The notes under the pieces are model-generated. The model had not been told where the DNA came from. It made no database searches and saw nothing but the letters and a program-made list of their open reading frames with translations. Positions 18,190 to 29,700 of a stretch of 64,000 nucleotides of DNA are shown piece by piece (within the stretch, counting starts at the first letter, position 1; each line of letters opens with the position of its first letter). The stretch is from an uncultured Candidatus Poseidoniales archaeon. GTDB taxonomy: Archaea; Thermoplasmatota; Poseidoniia; Poseidoniales; Thalassarchaeaceae. The stretch covers positions 22,098 to 86,097 of the forward strand of contig CAWVXH010000001.1 in assembly GCA_963934165.1 (NCBI GenBank). The letters run 5' to 3'. The position numbers and the translations under genes are program-made.

Positions 18190-21100
18190 TCAATTATTGT
18201 AGTTTGGATCTTCTACCCATTCTTCAGATTCTTCGTCCCAAATCCATCCCTCATTGCTAGATTCTTCAGTAATTCCATCATCTTCAGAATCAGTAGATTC
18301 TTCGTCCTCTTCGAACTCCACAAAGAAATATGCAAATGCTCCTCCAATCAGACCTAAAACCACAATCGAGATTATTATTATCATCACTAATGGCATTCCT
18401 TCGTTAACTACTCCAACATATATTTTCTCTCCTTGGTAAATCTCTCCAGCATAACGGAATTCTGGAATCGATGAACCCCCCAATATCCTTGATGCAGGTA
18501 TTCCGAGAATCCAGGTGGAATTGTCACTGACAATTGTATTGTTGACAGGGTTTCCATCAATGGTTACTACTACGGTCTTTCCTGGTAGTGCGACGCCGGT
18601 GAATATTGCTAATTCGCCAGTCTGAATCCTATTCGATTCGGGAGAAAATATTTCGAAATTTATTCCGACAATTGTGAATGTTACCGGCATTGAGTTCATT
18701 TTCGAGCCATGAGGATCAGTTGCGAGAAAAACGACATTGTCTAAGGTCCATGTATCCATATCTGTATCATAGAAAAACATAGAAATTGGGTCATAAACAG
18801 CAATACCATCGACGCCGACACTGATTACAAGACCATAGTCGTCATCCGAAGTGAGTTCGGGATTATTGTAAACTGATAATATCAATTCTTGATTAACATC
18901 AGCATCGGAAAAGAATTGCATCAAATCAATTGAAGCCTTTGTACAGCGATCTTGAGATTGGGAATCAATTTCACAATAAAGTGTGATCTCTTGTACCCAA
19001 TTTGCTGAATCGAATGATGGTTGATTATTTCCAGCATCTGGTGGATTATCTGCTGTGATAGCGATTGTAGTCATCTCACTGTAATCGTATCCGTCATATG
19101 CAGTAACTTCAATCGAATATTGATAATCATGAATCAAGTGCGTTGAATCCCAGTCGGCTACCCAACCACCATTCGGTAATATCTCAGTCACTGATTGTTC
19201 GTGGACAATTGTACCGCCATTGAAAATATCTCTGACAGTTATGTCTATTCTAGATACTTCACCATCATTATCTCTCGCAACCCCTTGAATCTGAGAATTT
19301 ACTCCAACAGACATTCTATCGCCATCTTGTGGTGAAATCAAACTAACAAACGGCATTGAATTGGAATTGTCCACAGTTAATGTAAGAACGACTGGCTCAC
19401 ATTCATCAATCACTCCAATGCAGAAATTTCCATCGGATGCCCAGATTGTAAATGTATAGTCAGCAACAGTCCTAGGTTGCCCACTAAAGTCCCAATTCCA
19501 GCTCCAATCGGAACCACCAGACGTGGGTGTGACACCCTCAAAATTAGGGCCACTGATATGGAAATATACAGAGCCAATGTCCTTACTACAATCGAGAGGG
19601 CACCCGTATTGATCGTAGGAGGTTCCTTCGAAAGTTATCGAACCTTCAGACCATGTTGAATGATCGCTTGGTGTCGTGACTGAAATTATTGGTGCTGCTG
19701 TATTCAATTTGATGGTTCGGGAAATTATCGGACTGTAATCAATACCATCATATGCGCGGAATTCAAAGGTGTAATCGCCCTCTTGCCGATTAGACATATC
19801 AAAAGAATAGTACCAATCAGAGAATGGATGATTATGCCTAGTTACGGTTCCTGTTGCCATTCCACTATCATCGACAGCGAGACCTGCCTCAATCCACTCA
19901 CCGGTGAATGGATTTCTGATTTCAATGGAGTGAACATATCCTTGTTGATCCCATTGAGCTAATTCATCGGTAGCGTAGAAACCGGCTAATTGTCCATCGT
20001 GAGCGGACCCGGTGAAATTAACAATCCTACGGAATGAATACCCCTCATATTGACTGACCGACACAGTAGGGCCATCATTGACCAGAGTGACCGTTTGTTG
20101 ATATGTAGTATCATCTAATGTGAACTCCCCTCTATCATATCCAAAACCAAATTTGTAAGCAGTATAGAAATATCGCGATAATTCCCGAGTTCCTGCTGCA
20201 TGATCGCAATCGTCATCGTCAGCATCAATATTCAAATCCCCATCGTTATCGATTCCATCCGAGCATGAATCTTCATATTCATCATCGGCAAATCCATCTG
20301 GATTATTTCCTCCCTCTAAACCTCTGAAGTCAAGATGAAAATCCGAGGGTAAAGCAAACCACGGAGTATATCCATCTTGATCTGTGTGCAATGAATAAAT
20401 ATCGTTTCCTAGCGCATCTTCGATCAAAACATTCGCGCTTTCAACGCGCTCACCATTGACTAAAGTTTGGAATCTTACCATCTCCGCTCGACGCACCTGA
20501 ACTGCAAATGGAGTTGGTTGAGTTGCAATATTTATTTTCGAGCGGTCTAGATTAGACAAATTTGCAAACGTGAAGGTTGTCGAATTATTATCCATCGATA
20601 CCGCCAGAGGGAAATCGATAGGAGTCAAATTGTCGCATGAAGAGCACTCTGAAACGGGGGTCGGAATGATTGCGTTTTGAAACCCATTTGCAGGCCATGC
20701 TTCTTGATCGGACCAAGAAAGCAATACGGGATTAATTCCCGCAGGAGGGCTGGGGATATATTCAGACTGAACTGTTACTGAAGATTTAGTGACATTGTAA
20801 GTAGTATCCACACCATTCCATAAATTTTGAGAAAAGAACGCTAACGAACCATATTGTTGAGAGTTTGCATAACCATCATCATAATGTTTGATAATTGCAC
20901 CGGTGCTTGGAACGTCGAAAATATTTCGTTGAACATCTAAAATAGCACCGATGGCACGGATTCCATCTGCATCTCCTCCAACACTAATTTGATTATCTTT
21001 CAAAGTAACTCCAGTTCGGAATACACTTACAGCTGGGCAAGTATAATCTCCGCCCCAATATTTATCACTGGAGCAAACTCCAGGTGAATTTTGAGTAATT

Positions 21101-22455
21101 GTATTGTTAACGAAATAGAGACGCGAAGCTGCCGGTGAAGGAGCTTGGTTACCAAATTCTCCCGCACGGAGTGGCTCTTTAGCAGTATTAACGATATTGT
21201 TTCGCTCTGCTATTACATCGTATGAACCAGTTAACCAAATTCCATTCCACCCACCTATAGGTCCTATATCGTTATCATGCATATTCACTTTACTAGATGA
21301 TATCGAAATTCCAGATGCTTCGCTTACTCCTGAAATTTCATTGCTGAATAATTCAGCCATCGCTCCATCATAAACATAAATTCCAGATCCTTCGGCAGTA
21401 GTTATTTCATTGTTAGAAATTGAGAATTCATAATCAACGCCTTGAATTGCTTTGCGACCATTTATCTCAATTGCATTACAATTCACACCCAAAACAGAAT
21501 TTGTAACATGACCTGCTGAATTGATTAAACTAAATCCATAATCCCCGATTCCAATATTTGCATTATTAATTTCGATAAATGTGTTTTCAGCCCAAACGGT
21601 TGGCCGACCACCATCTCGTTGACCACAGCCATTATCTGTTCCAACAAATGAAGGACTATCCATAACCAGTGGAGAAATATGTGTTCCAGAACCGTAGATT
21701 TGAACTGCGGAACCACCAACATCGCTCTCTGCGTCATTTCCTGCGACATATTCGCCACCGATAAAAGTTGGTTGAGCTAAATTTGTGGTCAGAACACTGC
21801 TGGTATTGATATCTGTGAAGGTCATTTCCGTCAACGTAGGGGCAGCACCATCGATAACCATTACACCATACCTCCAACGATTTACTGAATCGATAAAGTA
21901 TGGAATTCCCCAAGCCCCATCGAATGTCATATGTCGAAGTCCGGTTTGTGAAAGATCAATCGAACTTCGGATCAAAATCCCCTCAAAACATGATGGATCG
22001 TTAATATCGATGCTCTGGGTACCCTCTGACATTCCCAAACAAGTTCCATTTGCTTGGTCGTCAATGGGATCTGTCCACCTGAATGTAATTCTATTCGCGA
22101 GACTAGAATCGCCAGAAGCGCCACAAGAGGATTTTCCAGCACAGAGGTTTCCACGGACGTCGAGATAAGTTCCATTAGGAAAAATAACTGTAGTTCCTGG
22201 TTCGACAATTAGCTTGGCACCCGCAGAGATTGTAATGTCACCAGTTAGTTGATGAGTTCCCGACCAAACTTCAGTTCCAGAAATTGTTCCAGCCGTCGTT
22301 TCGTTATTTGCCATTACTATGCTTGCAGGGCCAACTAATGCAACTAACACACTTGAGAACATCAGGAAAACAAGGAAGTAACTTCTCGCACGCGGGTCAG
22401 TCATGTAATTTGCGGGTTCGAATTGTGATTTAATCATAGGGTCATATCGAGCCAT
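18190..22455 (-). CDS. 1,421-aa surface protein: signal anchor, right-handed parallel beta-helix region, Ig-like beta-sandwich modules, C-terminal TM anchor with acidic tail
   Basis: PbH1-like repeats ('ISNNEITTAEGSGIYVYDGAMAELFSNEISG', 'MHDNDIGPIGGWNGIWL', 'ERNNIVN'). Acidic Cys motif 'CSDGIDNDGDLNIDADDDDCD'. C-terminal 'LVMIIIISIVVLGLIGGAFAYFFV' followed by 'EFEEDEESTDSEDDGITEESSNEGWIWDEESEEW'. Confidence 0.8.
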   Translation of the reverse strand: MARYDPMIKSQFEPANYMTDPRARSYFLVFLMFSSVLVALVGPASIVMANNETTAGTISGTEVWSGTHQLTGDITISAGAKLIVEPGTTVIFPNGTYLDVRGNLCAGKSSCGASGDSSLANRITFRWTDPIDDQANGTCLGMSEGTQSIDINDPSCFEGILIRSSIDLSQTGLRHMTFDGAWGIPYFIDSVNRWRYGVMVIDGAAPTLTEMTFTDINTSSVLTTNLAQPTFIGGEYVAGNDAESDVGGSAVQIYGSGTHISPLVMDSPSFVGTDNGCGQRDGGRPTVWAENTFIEINNANIGIGDYGFSLINSAGHVTNSVLGVNCNAIEINGRKAIQGVDYEFSISNNEITTAEGSGIYVYDGAMAELFSNEISGVSEASGISISSSKVNMHDNDIGPIGGWNGIWLTGSYDVIAERNNIVNTAKEPLRAGEFGNQAPSPAASRLYFVNNTITQNSPGVCSSDKYWGGDYTCPAVSVFRTGVTLKDNQISVGGDADGIRAIGAILDVQRNIFDVPSTGAIIKHYDDGYANSQQYGSLAFFSQNLWNGVDTTYNVTKSSVTVQSEYIPSPPAGINPVLLSWSDQEAWPANGFQNAIIPTPVSECSSCDNLTPIDFPLAVSMDNNSTTFTFANLSNLDRSKINIATQPTPFAVQVRRAEMVRFQTLVNGERVESANVLIEDALGNDIYSLHTDQDGYTPWFALPSDFHLDFRGLEGGNNPDGFADDEYEDSCSDGIDNDGDLNIDADDDDCDHAAGTRELSRYFYTAYKFGFGYDRGEFTLDDTTYQQTVTLVNDGPTVSVSQYEGYSFRRIVNFTGSAHDGQLAGFYATDELAQWDQQGYVHSIEIRNPFTGEWIEAGLAVDDSGMATGTVTRHNHPFSDWYYSFDMSNRQEGDYTFEFRAYDGIDYSPIISRTIKLNTAAPIISVTTPSDHSTWSEGSITFEGTSYDQYGCPLDCSKDIGSVYFHISGPNFEGVTPTSGGSDWSWNWDFSGQPRTVADYTFTIWASDGNFCIGVIDECEPVVLTLTVDNSNSMPFVSLISPQDGDRMSVGVNSQIQGVARDNDGEVSRIDITVRDIFNGGTIVHEQSVTEILPNGGWVADWDSTHLIHDYQYSIEVTAYDGYDYSEMTTIAITADNPPDAGNNQPSFDSANWVQEITLYCEIDSQSQDRCTKASIDLMQFFSDADVNQELILSVYNNPELTSDDDYGLVISVGVDGIAVYDPISMFFYDTDMDTWTLDNVVFLATDPHGSKMNSMPVTFTIVGINFEIFSPESNRIQTGELAIFTGVALPGKTVVVTIDGNPVNNTIVSDNSTWILGIPASRILGGSSIPEFRYAGEIYQGEKIYVGVVNEGMPLVMIIIISIVVLGLIGGAFAYFFVEFEEDEESTDSEDDGITEESSNEGWIWDEESEEWVEDPNYNN

Positions 22456-22493
22456 AGGCTCGTTTGATACAATGGAATAATACTTGATACAAA

Positions 22494-23732
22494 TTAGTCA
22501 TCAATATTCAATTCAAAAGCGATGGATTCAGCCCATTTCATTGCATCTAATTTCCCATAGCCAGAGTGAGAATCATGTGAATTTGTATCAAAATTATTTC
22601 GATTTGCAGATACCGCAAGGTTACGTTTTACTAGATCCATTTCTTCGGCATCCACCATGCCATCCTCACCGGCAATTTCGTCCCCATATAATTGTAAAAT
22701 TAGTGCAAGAGCACCTGTAACGAATACGGTCGAGTCACTGGTTCCTGAAGAGTACCCATAGTTTGTTACAGAATTCATTGATACGGTTGAAAATATATTT
22801 ACACCAGGGGCAATAATTTCTGGTTTTTGATTAGGAAAATCTCTATCTAATCCTGTGGATAGATCGCTCTGTGAACCATATGCACTTCTACTCCAAACCA
22901 TGCCATTCTTTGTTTGTGCTCCTACTGAAATAACGCCCTCGATGCTCGAGGGTGTTGAAACATCATTAGCATCAGTGTCGAGTCCAGTGTTTCCTGCAGC
23001 TGCGACAACAAATATACCTACGTCAAGCGCTTCTTGAACCGCTGCAGCAGTAGCTGAATGTTGAGCCATACCAACTCCTGACTCACCACCTAAACTGAGG
23101 CTGATGATATCAACGCGTTCAGTTATCCGACACCATCTGATGGCTTGTGCTACTTTGTCCCCTTGACCTGAACTTCCTTCAGGTCCAAGGGCAAGAGCAA
23201 CGGAGAGATCTATATTTGGTGCAGCGCCCCTAAATGTCCCATTTGCAATCAAAATACCAGACATTAGAGTTCCGTGATATTCATCACCTACATCACGAAC
23301 ATTATCGTGTTGCTCATTATAAAAATCTCGAAATCCAACCAAACTTTGATGTCGAAAATCAGGGTGACTCATGTCAATTCCGGTGTCGACAATACAAACA
23401 TGAATTCCACTTCCATCGAGACCTAAACTTTGTAATTCTCGGATTCCAGACTCCTCAAAAGCCCATTCTGAATTAGGTAATATAGGAGTCAAATATGCAT
23501 TCACCCATGGCCATGCGACGATTAAAAAAACCGTCCCAATCGAAAACATTACCGCTCCCCATGGCCACAAAAATTCCTTGATTGGCCCAGCCGGCCAACG
23601 AAGTTCCTTTGCATCTTGATCGCTAATGCCGTAATCCTTGCCAGGATAACCAGGTGCTGATGGGTCGATAGCAGTTAGAATTCGATGATCCTCAGGTTCG
23701 GGAAGTAACTCTAATCCATCCAATGACCGCAT
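22494..23732 (-). CDS. Membrane-anchored subtilisin-like serine protease (peptidase S8)
   Basis: Catalytic contexts are 'VCIVDTGID' (Asp), 'YHGTLMSGIL' (His) and 'YSSGTSDSTVFVTGALAL' (Ser). N-terminal TM helix 'GAVMFSIGTVFLIVAWPW'. Start set at the ATG at 23730-23732 (MRSLDG), because the longer track ORF overlaps the end of the upstream gene. Confidence 0.8.
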   Translation of the reverse strand: MRSLDGLELLPEPEDHRILTAIDPSAPGYPGKDYGISDQDAKELRWPAGPIKEFLWPWGAVMFSIGTVFLIVAWPWVNAYLTPILPNSEWAFEESGIRELQSLGLDGSGIHVCIVDTGIDMSHPDFRHQSLVGFRDFYNEQHDNVRDVGDEYHGTLMSGILIANGTFRGAAPNIDLSVALALGPEGSSGQGDKVAQAIRWCRITERVDIISLSLGGESGVGMAQHSATAAAVQEALDVGIFVVAAAGNTGLDTDANDVSTPSSIEGVISVGAQTKNGMVWSRSAYGSQSDLSTGLDRDFPNQKPEIIAPGVNIFSTVSMNSVTNYGYSSGTSDSTVFVTGALALILQLYGDEIAGEDGMVDAEEMDLVKRNLAVSANRNNFDTNSHDSHSGYGKLDAMKWAESIAFELNIDD

Positions 23733-23779
23733 CTTAATTCCTTCCAAATATCCCGATGGTGGCTCGTGTAATAGCCCTA

Positions 23780-26700
23780 TCAGAATGGTGCACTCGGTCG
23801 GCGTGAACGAGTTTTGGTTAATACGAATGCTGCTATTAACAGCATTGCGCCCAATAACCATCCAATCCAATCGGTGGTTCCATCAAGTGAAGGTGAACGG
23901 ACATCGACATTCTTCGATGGAAATTCCTCTACCGAGTTGAAACCACTTGAATTGATATCGAAATCAATATAATATGGTCCAATATCAATATCAGATAAGT
24001 CGATAACTAAACTATATGACACAGAAGATCCAGCAGGAATGTCCTTGATTGCAAATGCTGAAACATCAGTTGGTTCGGCACAATAGATATCATAGCAAAG
24101 AGTTGCATTCACTTGTACCAAAGATGCATCCACGAGACCACTATTCTCAACAGTCACAAGATAATTTACTTTTGTTCCTGTTTCCGCCTGTCCCAAATTA
24201 CCACTCGATGCTGAGAAATCTAATATTTTCAAAATTGGTTCTGAAGTTCTCACATTAATTTCAATTATTTCATAGGTGCCATTTGCCTTATCAGTAACCG
24301 AGACATAGATTGTGAAATCCTCTTCACCTGTAGCATTTGCAGGAGCAGAGACAATCATAGTATGCGTCGAGCTGACAAATCCGCCAATAGTGTGTGAAGT
24401 TGCTCCAGTTCGTTCCCAACTCAGAGGGAGTTCAGAATCATCAAATTCAAATTCGTATCTTTCATCACCATTTCCAGAGTTAGTGAATTTGATGCCGATT
24501 TGCTTTGACTCTCCAATAGAAATACCATACACATCATCCATCGGCTCGGAAAGTTCGAAGTCATGCAGCTGTGGAACTCTCACCAAGACATCATGAGATA
24601 GGAAGAAGCCATCTTGAGTTGAAAATTGAATAGATATTGTGTGTCCTTCTATGAAAGAATGAGATACATTTTGTTCTGCTGGAGTCACACGAATGTGCAA
24701 ATCAGTGAACGAAACTGAATTATCTAATCCGATATCAAAAGTAGTAGAAATATTCCAATCGCCTGAACCATTGTGGAACTCAACAACCCAATCTGCTGAA
24801 TCAGAACCGGTTACAAGTGCACCGACCGAGTAAGAGTCGAAGGATTCGTGACCCAGATAATCTACAGCAAATATAAATTCCACTGGCACAAAGCCGTTTT
24901 CATCATCAGCGACGACCAGGACATTTCCAGCGGAACCAATGTATGAATCATCGCCGCTGGTTAAATTCAATGTAGTCACATCAATTGAATGATCTGCAGT
25001 TCGTGCATGTGTTAATGTCATATCAGGAGTTTCTTGTCCCGCATGAATATCAATTCCTTGGCCTCCGATGTAGGACATATTTCTGTCCATTTGATAGACC
25101 TCAAATTCACTTCGAAGATCGACTCGACCATTTGGCAGAATGATGCTCATTCCACCATCCTCATCAATTTCACCAACCCATTCTAAGCCGAGGCCTAGGT
25201 CAAGAACTAATTCTGAATCTACAACATCGACAAGAGTGAATGAATTTCCATCATAACCCAACCAATGCGTCTTGAGGGTTAAAATCCCACCATTAGATAA
25301 CGAAATATCTAGGTTTCCACCATCTGCTACGCTTGCATCAACCAACCCCATAGCAACTAAAGTTTGGTCGGTAACACTAGCACGCAGTATCCAATTGCCT
25401 GGTTCTACCATAGCAGACCAGTTTCCATTCCACACACCATCTTCTAGTACCTTTTCTGGAGTTATGTGATCTCGAATCAATCCCTTGGTTGGAATCAACT
25501 CTAGAACGATTGAATCAGATATTGAAGAGAATTCGGTTTCATCGATATACGAGATCATTCCTGATATCAATACTTGACCAGCTGTTAATTCAATATCGAT
25601 ACTGTTTGAGGAGCTTCCAACCGAAACAGCACGGCTGACATCCTCGAACCCTTCGTATGAAGTATTTAGGTCCCAAAATGTATCAGCAGGAACGTAATAA
25701 CTCCAATCGCCATTAACATCCGTCGTTAGATTCGCTTCTAACATTCCATCACTATCGATAATCATCAAAGTAACATTGACGATTCCTTCAACCGCATTGG
25801 CCTCATTGTTATCGTTCAAATCCCAGAAGATAGTGCCGCTGAGTTCTACGAATAATTGAGCTGTGATGTTGTAATCATTTTCTCCGCCAACATCGACTGA
25901 AATTGGAATGGACTCGACTAACCACTGTTTACCAGAATCAATGTGATCCAATGACACCTCCCAATTCCCTGGAACCAGATCGATAGTGACCGTTCCGTCA
26001 GAATTGGTATTGTCGATACTGAAGGTGCCTAAACCATCTGTAGATTCAAGATTTAATCGCACATCACCAATAGGGCTTACTGAATTATCTTCATAGAGAG
26101 TGAAAGAGACTTGTGCCAATTCGCTAGTAGACATTTCTAGATCTAATTCAGCGTTATCAGCAGAAACCGAAATCAACTCACGTAAGCCTTCTGAAATTCC
26201 TATTGATTCAACATCGGTAGAGACAATCCAATCGCCCTCACCAATGAAATCATTAATCATTCCATTATCATCAGTAATTCTTGAAAGAATCCAACTACTG
26301 TCTGTATTGGTAAATCTAACTAATTGTTCAGCTAAAATACCGCCGCTCTCGTTAGTGAAAGCAATACTAACGCGCCATTCAGGATCGAAACCAATAGCCC
26401 GCTCAACAACGGTACCATCAAGGCCAATATCGAAAAGAACATCACCACTCATGATTCGAGTTCCAAATAAGTCACCATCATTCGCATCGGAAATATCAAC
26501 CGAGATTCGGTATGTTCCAGGTTCGAGTGGAACCACTGCGTGACCGACATTTGTCCATTCGGTTCCATTCCACTGAATTGGGTAATCAATTCCAGAATTC
26601 ATCATTGAGATAATTGTGAAATTGTAGCGCACTGCAGTCCCGTTCGAGGCATTGTTATCATCGGAATGATCGAGGAAGAAATCTATTTCTGCATTTGTAT

Positions 26701-29700
26701 TTGCAGGATAAACTAAGATTTCAACCGTATTATTGATTCCATCGACATTTGTTGAATTGGTAACAGGAGCCAACCATTCGCTATCTTCAAGAGTGAAATT
26801 CCACATACCCTTAGGGAGAACCATTTGGAATAGTCCGGTCTCATCGACTCCAGCCCGCCATGTCACATCATAATCAGAATTTGTAGCAATAACCACTACT
26901 GGCTCCCAACCTCCAATATTTGCGTTGTAAGTATTACCGATTCGATTGATGTCAATAGCACCCGCAATACCATGGCCTGGACGAGCATCGATTGAAACAG
27001 CATCCATGCCATCTTCGACAATGAAACGAATTCCATCGACTAATTTGATATTCTCACCGAGTTGAACTGTTGCATCTACTGTCGACCCTTGAGGAAGAAC
27101 AACTGAGAAGTATCCATCACCATCAGTTTGAACCGAGGTACTAAATCCACTCCAATAGAAGTCGACCTGAACATGATCGAGAGTTTTGGACACATTCAGT
27201 GGTGAATCCAGACTTGCATTTTCATTATAGTAAACCGTTCCAGTTACTAACTGGCTGGTGTGGAAGTAATAATCTGCACTAAAATCATCAGAACCAATCT
27301 CAATCTGCTCCCATAGTTGTTCTTCATTCGAAAGTGTATGGTTTAGAATCCATATTCCCTCCGTTAACTCTACGTAATACGAACCAGCCTCTGAATCATA
27401 AATTGCTTCGACCAGATTACCACTTCCATCTTTCATGTGGAAACTGACGTTTAGGTCAGCAATCTCTTCATCGACACCGTCGACTGTCTGAAATAGTCCA
27501 AAGCTGACATCAGAAGTCACAGGAACCGGCATTGGGAATTCAAATTCGGATGATTCATTCGCATCGAATAAGTAATTTGCAGATAATTCGTTGAATCCAT
27601 CTCCATCAATATCGATTTCTGCAATATATTCACCAGGAATAATAGGGCCGAATTCAAATTTGCCTTCTTCATCAGGTGTAATCAAACAAGGAGCTTGACC
27701 AGTTTCTTCACAATTATCAACAACATCTGCTGCATCCGTGTCAGCATCGCGGAGAATAACTGTTCCAGTGACCGCTTCACCATCAAAATTGATTAGGTTA
27801 CCAAAGAGAGATCCTCCTGTAATATCAATCTTAGTGATGTAATTCACAGCGTTTTGAGGTATTGTAAATCCATCATTGATTTCAATACGGCGATCATCAC
27901 CAAAGACAATGGTCACATCGTAATTACCAGGTATTGCATCGACGATGTGGAATGTACCTGGCTCGACCATATCTCCACCAAATACCCCTTCACCGGTAAA
28001 GATACCAGATCCATTTAGAGTCCCATATGATTCGAGATCCATCGTAGTGTCAGTCGTGAACACACCACTTCCAATCAGCGTTGAATGGCTATACTTTTGC
28101 GTGAAAGAGGACGACCCATTTGCTGTGAATCGCCCGGTCGCATTAACGGCTCCATTGAGCAAATATTCCCCAGATGAAGTCATACAAAGCCCAGAGTCTT
28201 CTGGCATAGTATCATTCTCATCACAATCGGAAATTTCAATATCATCGTTAACCATTCCATCGAGCAAACCTCGCCCGGAGAATTCTCCGTCACCAGTCAA
28301 ACTGTGATTATGATAAATGACTTGAGTGAAATTTCCAGTGAAATCAGTTGCAGTCACTATACTTTGAGAAACTACGGAACCATCACCAGTGAATGTTACT
28401 TCTCCGATACCATCGAATCTTAGGTTTTCACCCTCGACAGTCCCAACTGAAGTTGTTAGCACATATGGTTGGAGTTGAATCTCATCCCAAGATGGAGTCA
28501 GTTCGATCGTAACATCAGTAACTGAATCTCCATCGAATAATTCTGAACCACTCCAAACTAGGCGTCCTATAGCGTGAGCTGGGTTGACAATTATTGGAGC
28601 ATCGATGTGAGCCTCTCCATTACTGTGTCCATCTTCGCCTGAAATATTAACGATGGTTTCAGATAACCATGTTGAACCGGAAACATTTGCGAGAATTCCA
28701 GTAACTGGATTTATCGATCTTACCCCTGTTGATGAGGCTTCGAATATATCACCGAAAGTAGATTGAATGTCTGAAGTCATGATTTGAGCACGAGCAGATG
28801 CAAGATCAGATTCACCGAAATATGCAGTAACACGAATCTTACCTGCAGGTGCTTGGAAACTATATCTACCGTTTTCATCAGCATCAGTGGTTCCAATAGG
28901 AATCCAATAAGTTCTGTCATCTCGATCTATGACTTCTCCATCAACAGCGATTTCATCGCCACTGAAAGCATCACGCTCTATCAAAATACGAGCATTGGGG
29001 ACTACTCCATGGCCATCTAATTCGACAGTCCCTTCTAGAGTTGCACCACTATAGTACTTCATTACCTTCACTTGAGTATTTGCAGATCCTATGGTCGGGT
29101 TCGAGCAAGTCGAGTCAAGTTTTGTTCCGTTTTCATCTACTTCACAACGCTCTGCATCATACCAATTCGAAAGAACTAGGTTGTTCATCATAGCACCAGG
29201 AAGTGGGTAGGCATTTTCGAGGTATGAACCAGGAGCACCGCTCAAGTAAAAATGAGGCATTGGTGCTTCTGCATCCCCTCCCAATCCTAGAGTCGAAGTG
29301 CCGTATCCTACGTATATACGTGCAACCATGGTTTCGAAAAATTCCGGCTGGTGTTGATAATCAATATCGACCATGCGAATAATAGGAGTTCCATCACCTT
29401 GGCCACTGTATTGATTGAGAATTATATCATTCTGGTACTCTAGATCGAATTCTTCAACGGTTCGAGGAATTATCGGGTCATCCCCTCTCTGTGTAAGATA
29501 AACAGATGAGACGTATGTATCAGTATCTAATCCTGAAAGCGTAGTAGGGGCATGGAAAATCCCAGTAGTTTGTCCTCGGTGATAGGAATAATCTTCGTAA
29601 TATTTACCTCCAAGTGGGTATAGTCTGTTATCTACAGCAAAGTAACGAATATCGTTATTTCGAGTTATCATTTCTCCGAGACTGCCTTCGTAATCTTGTA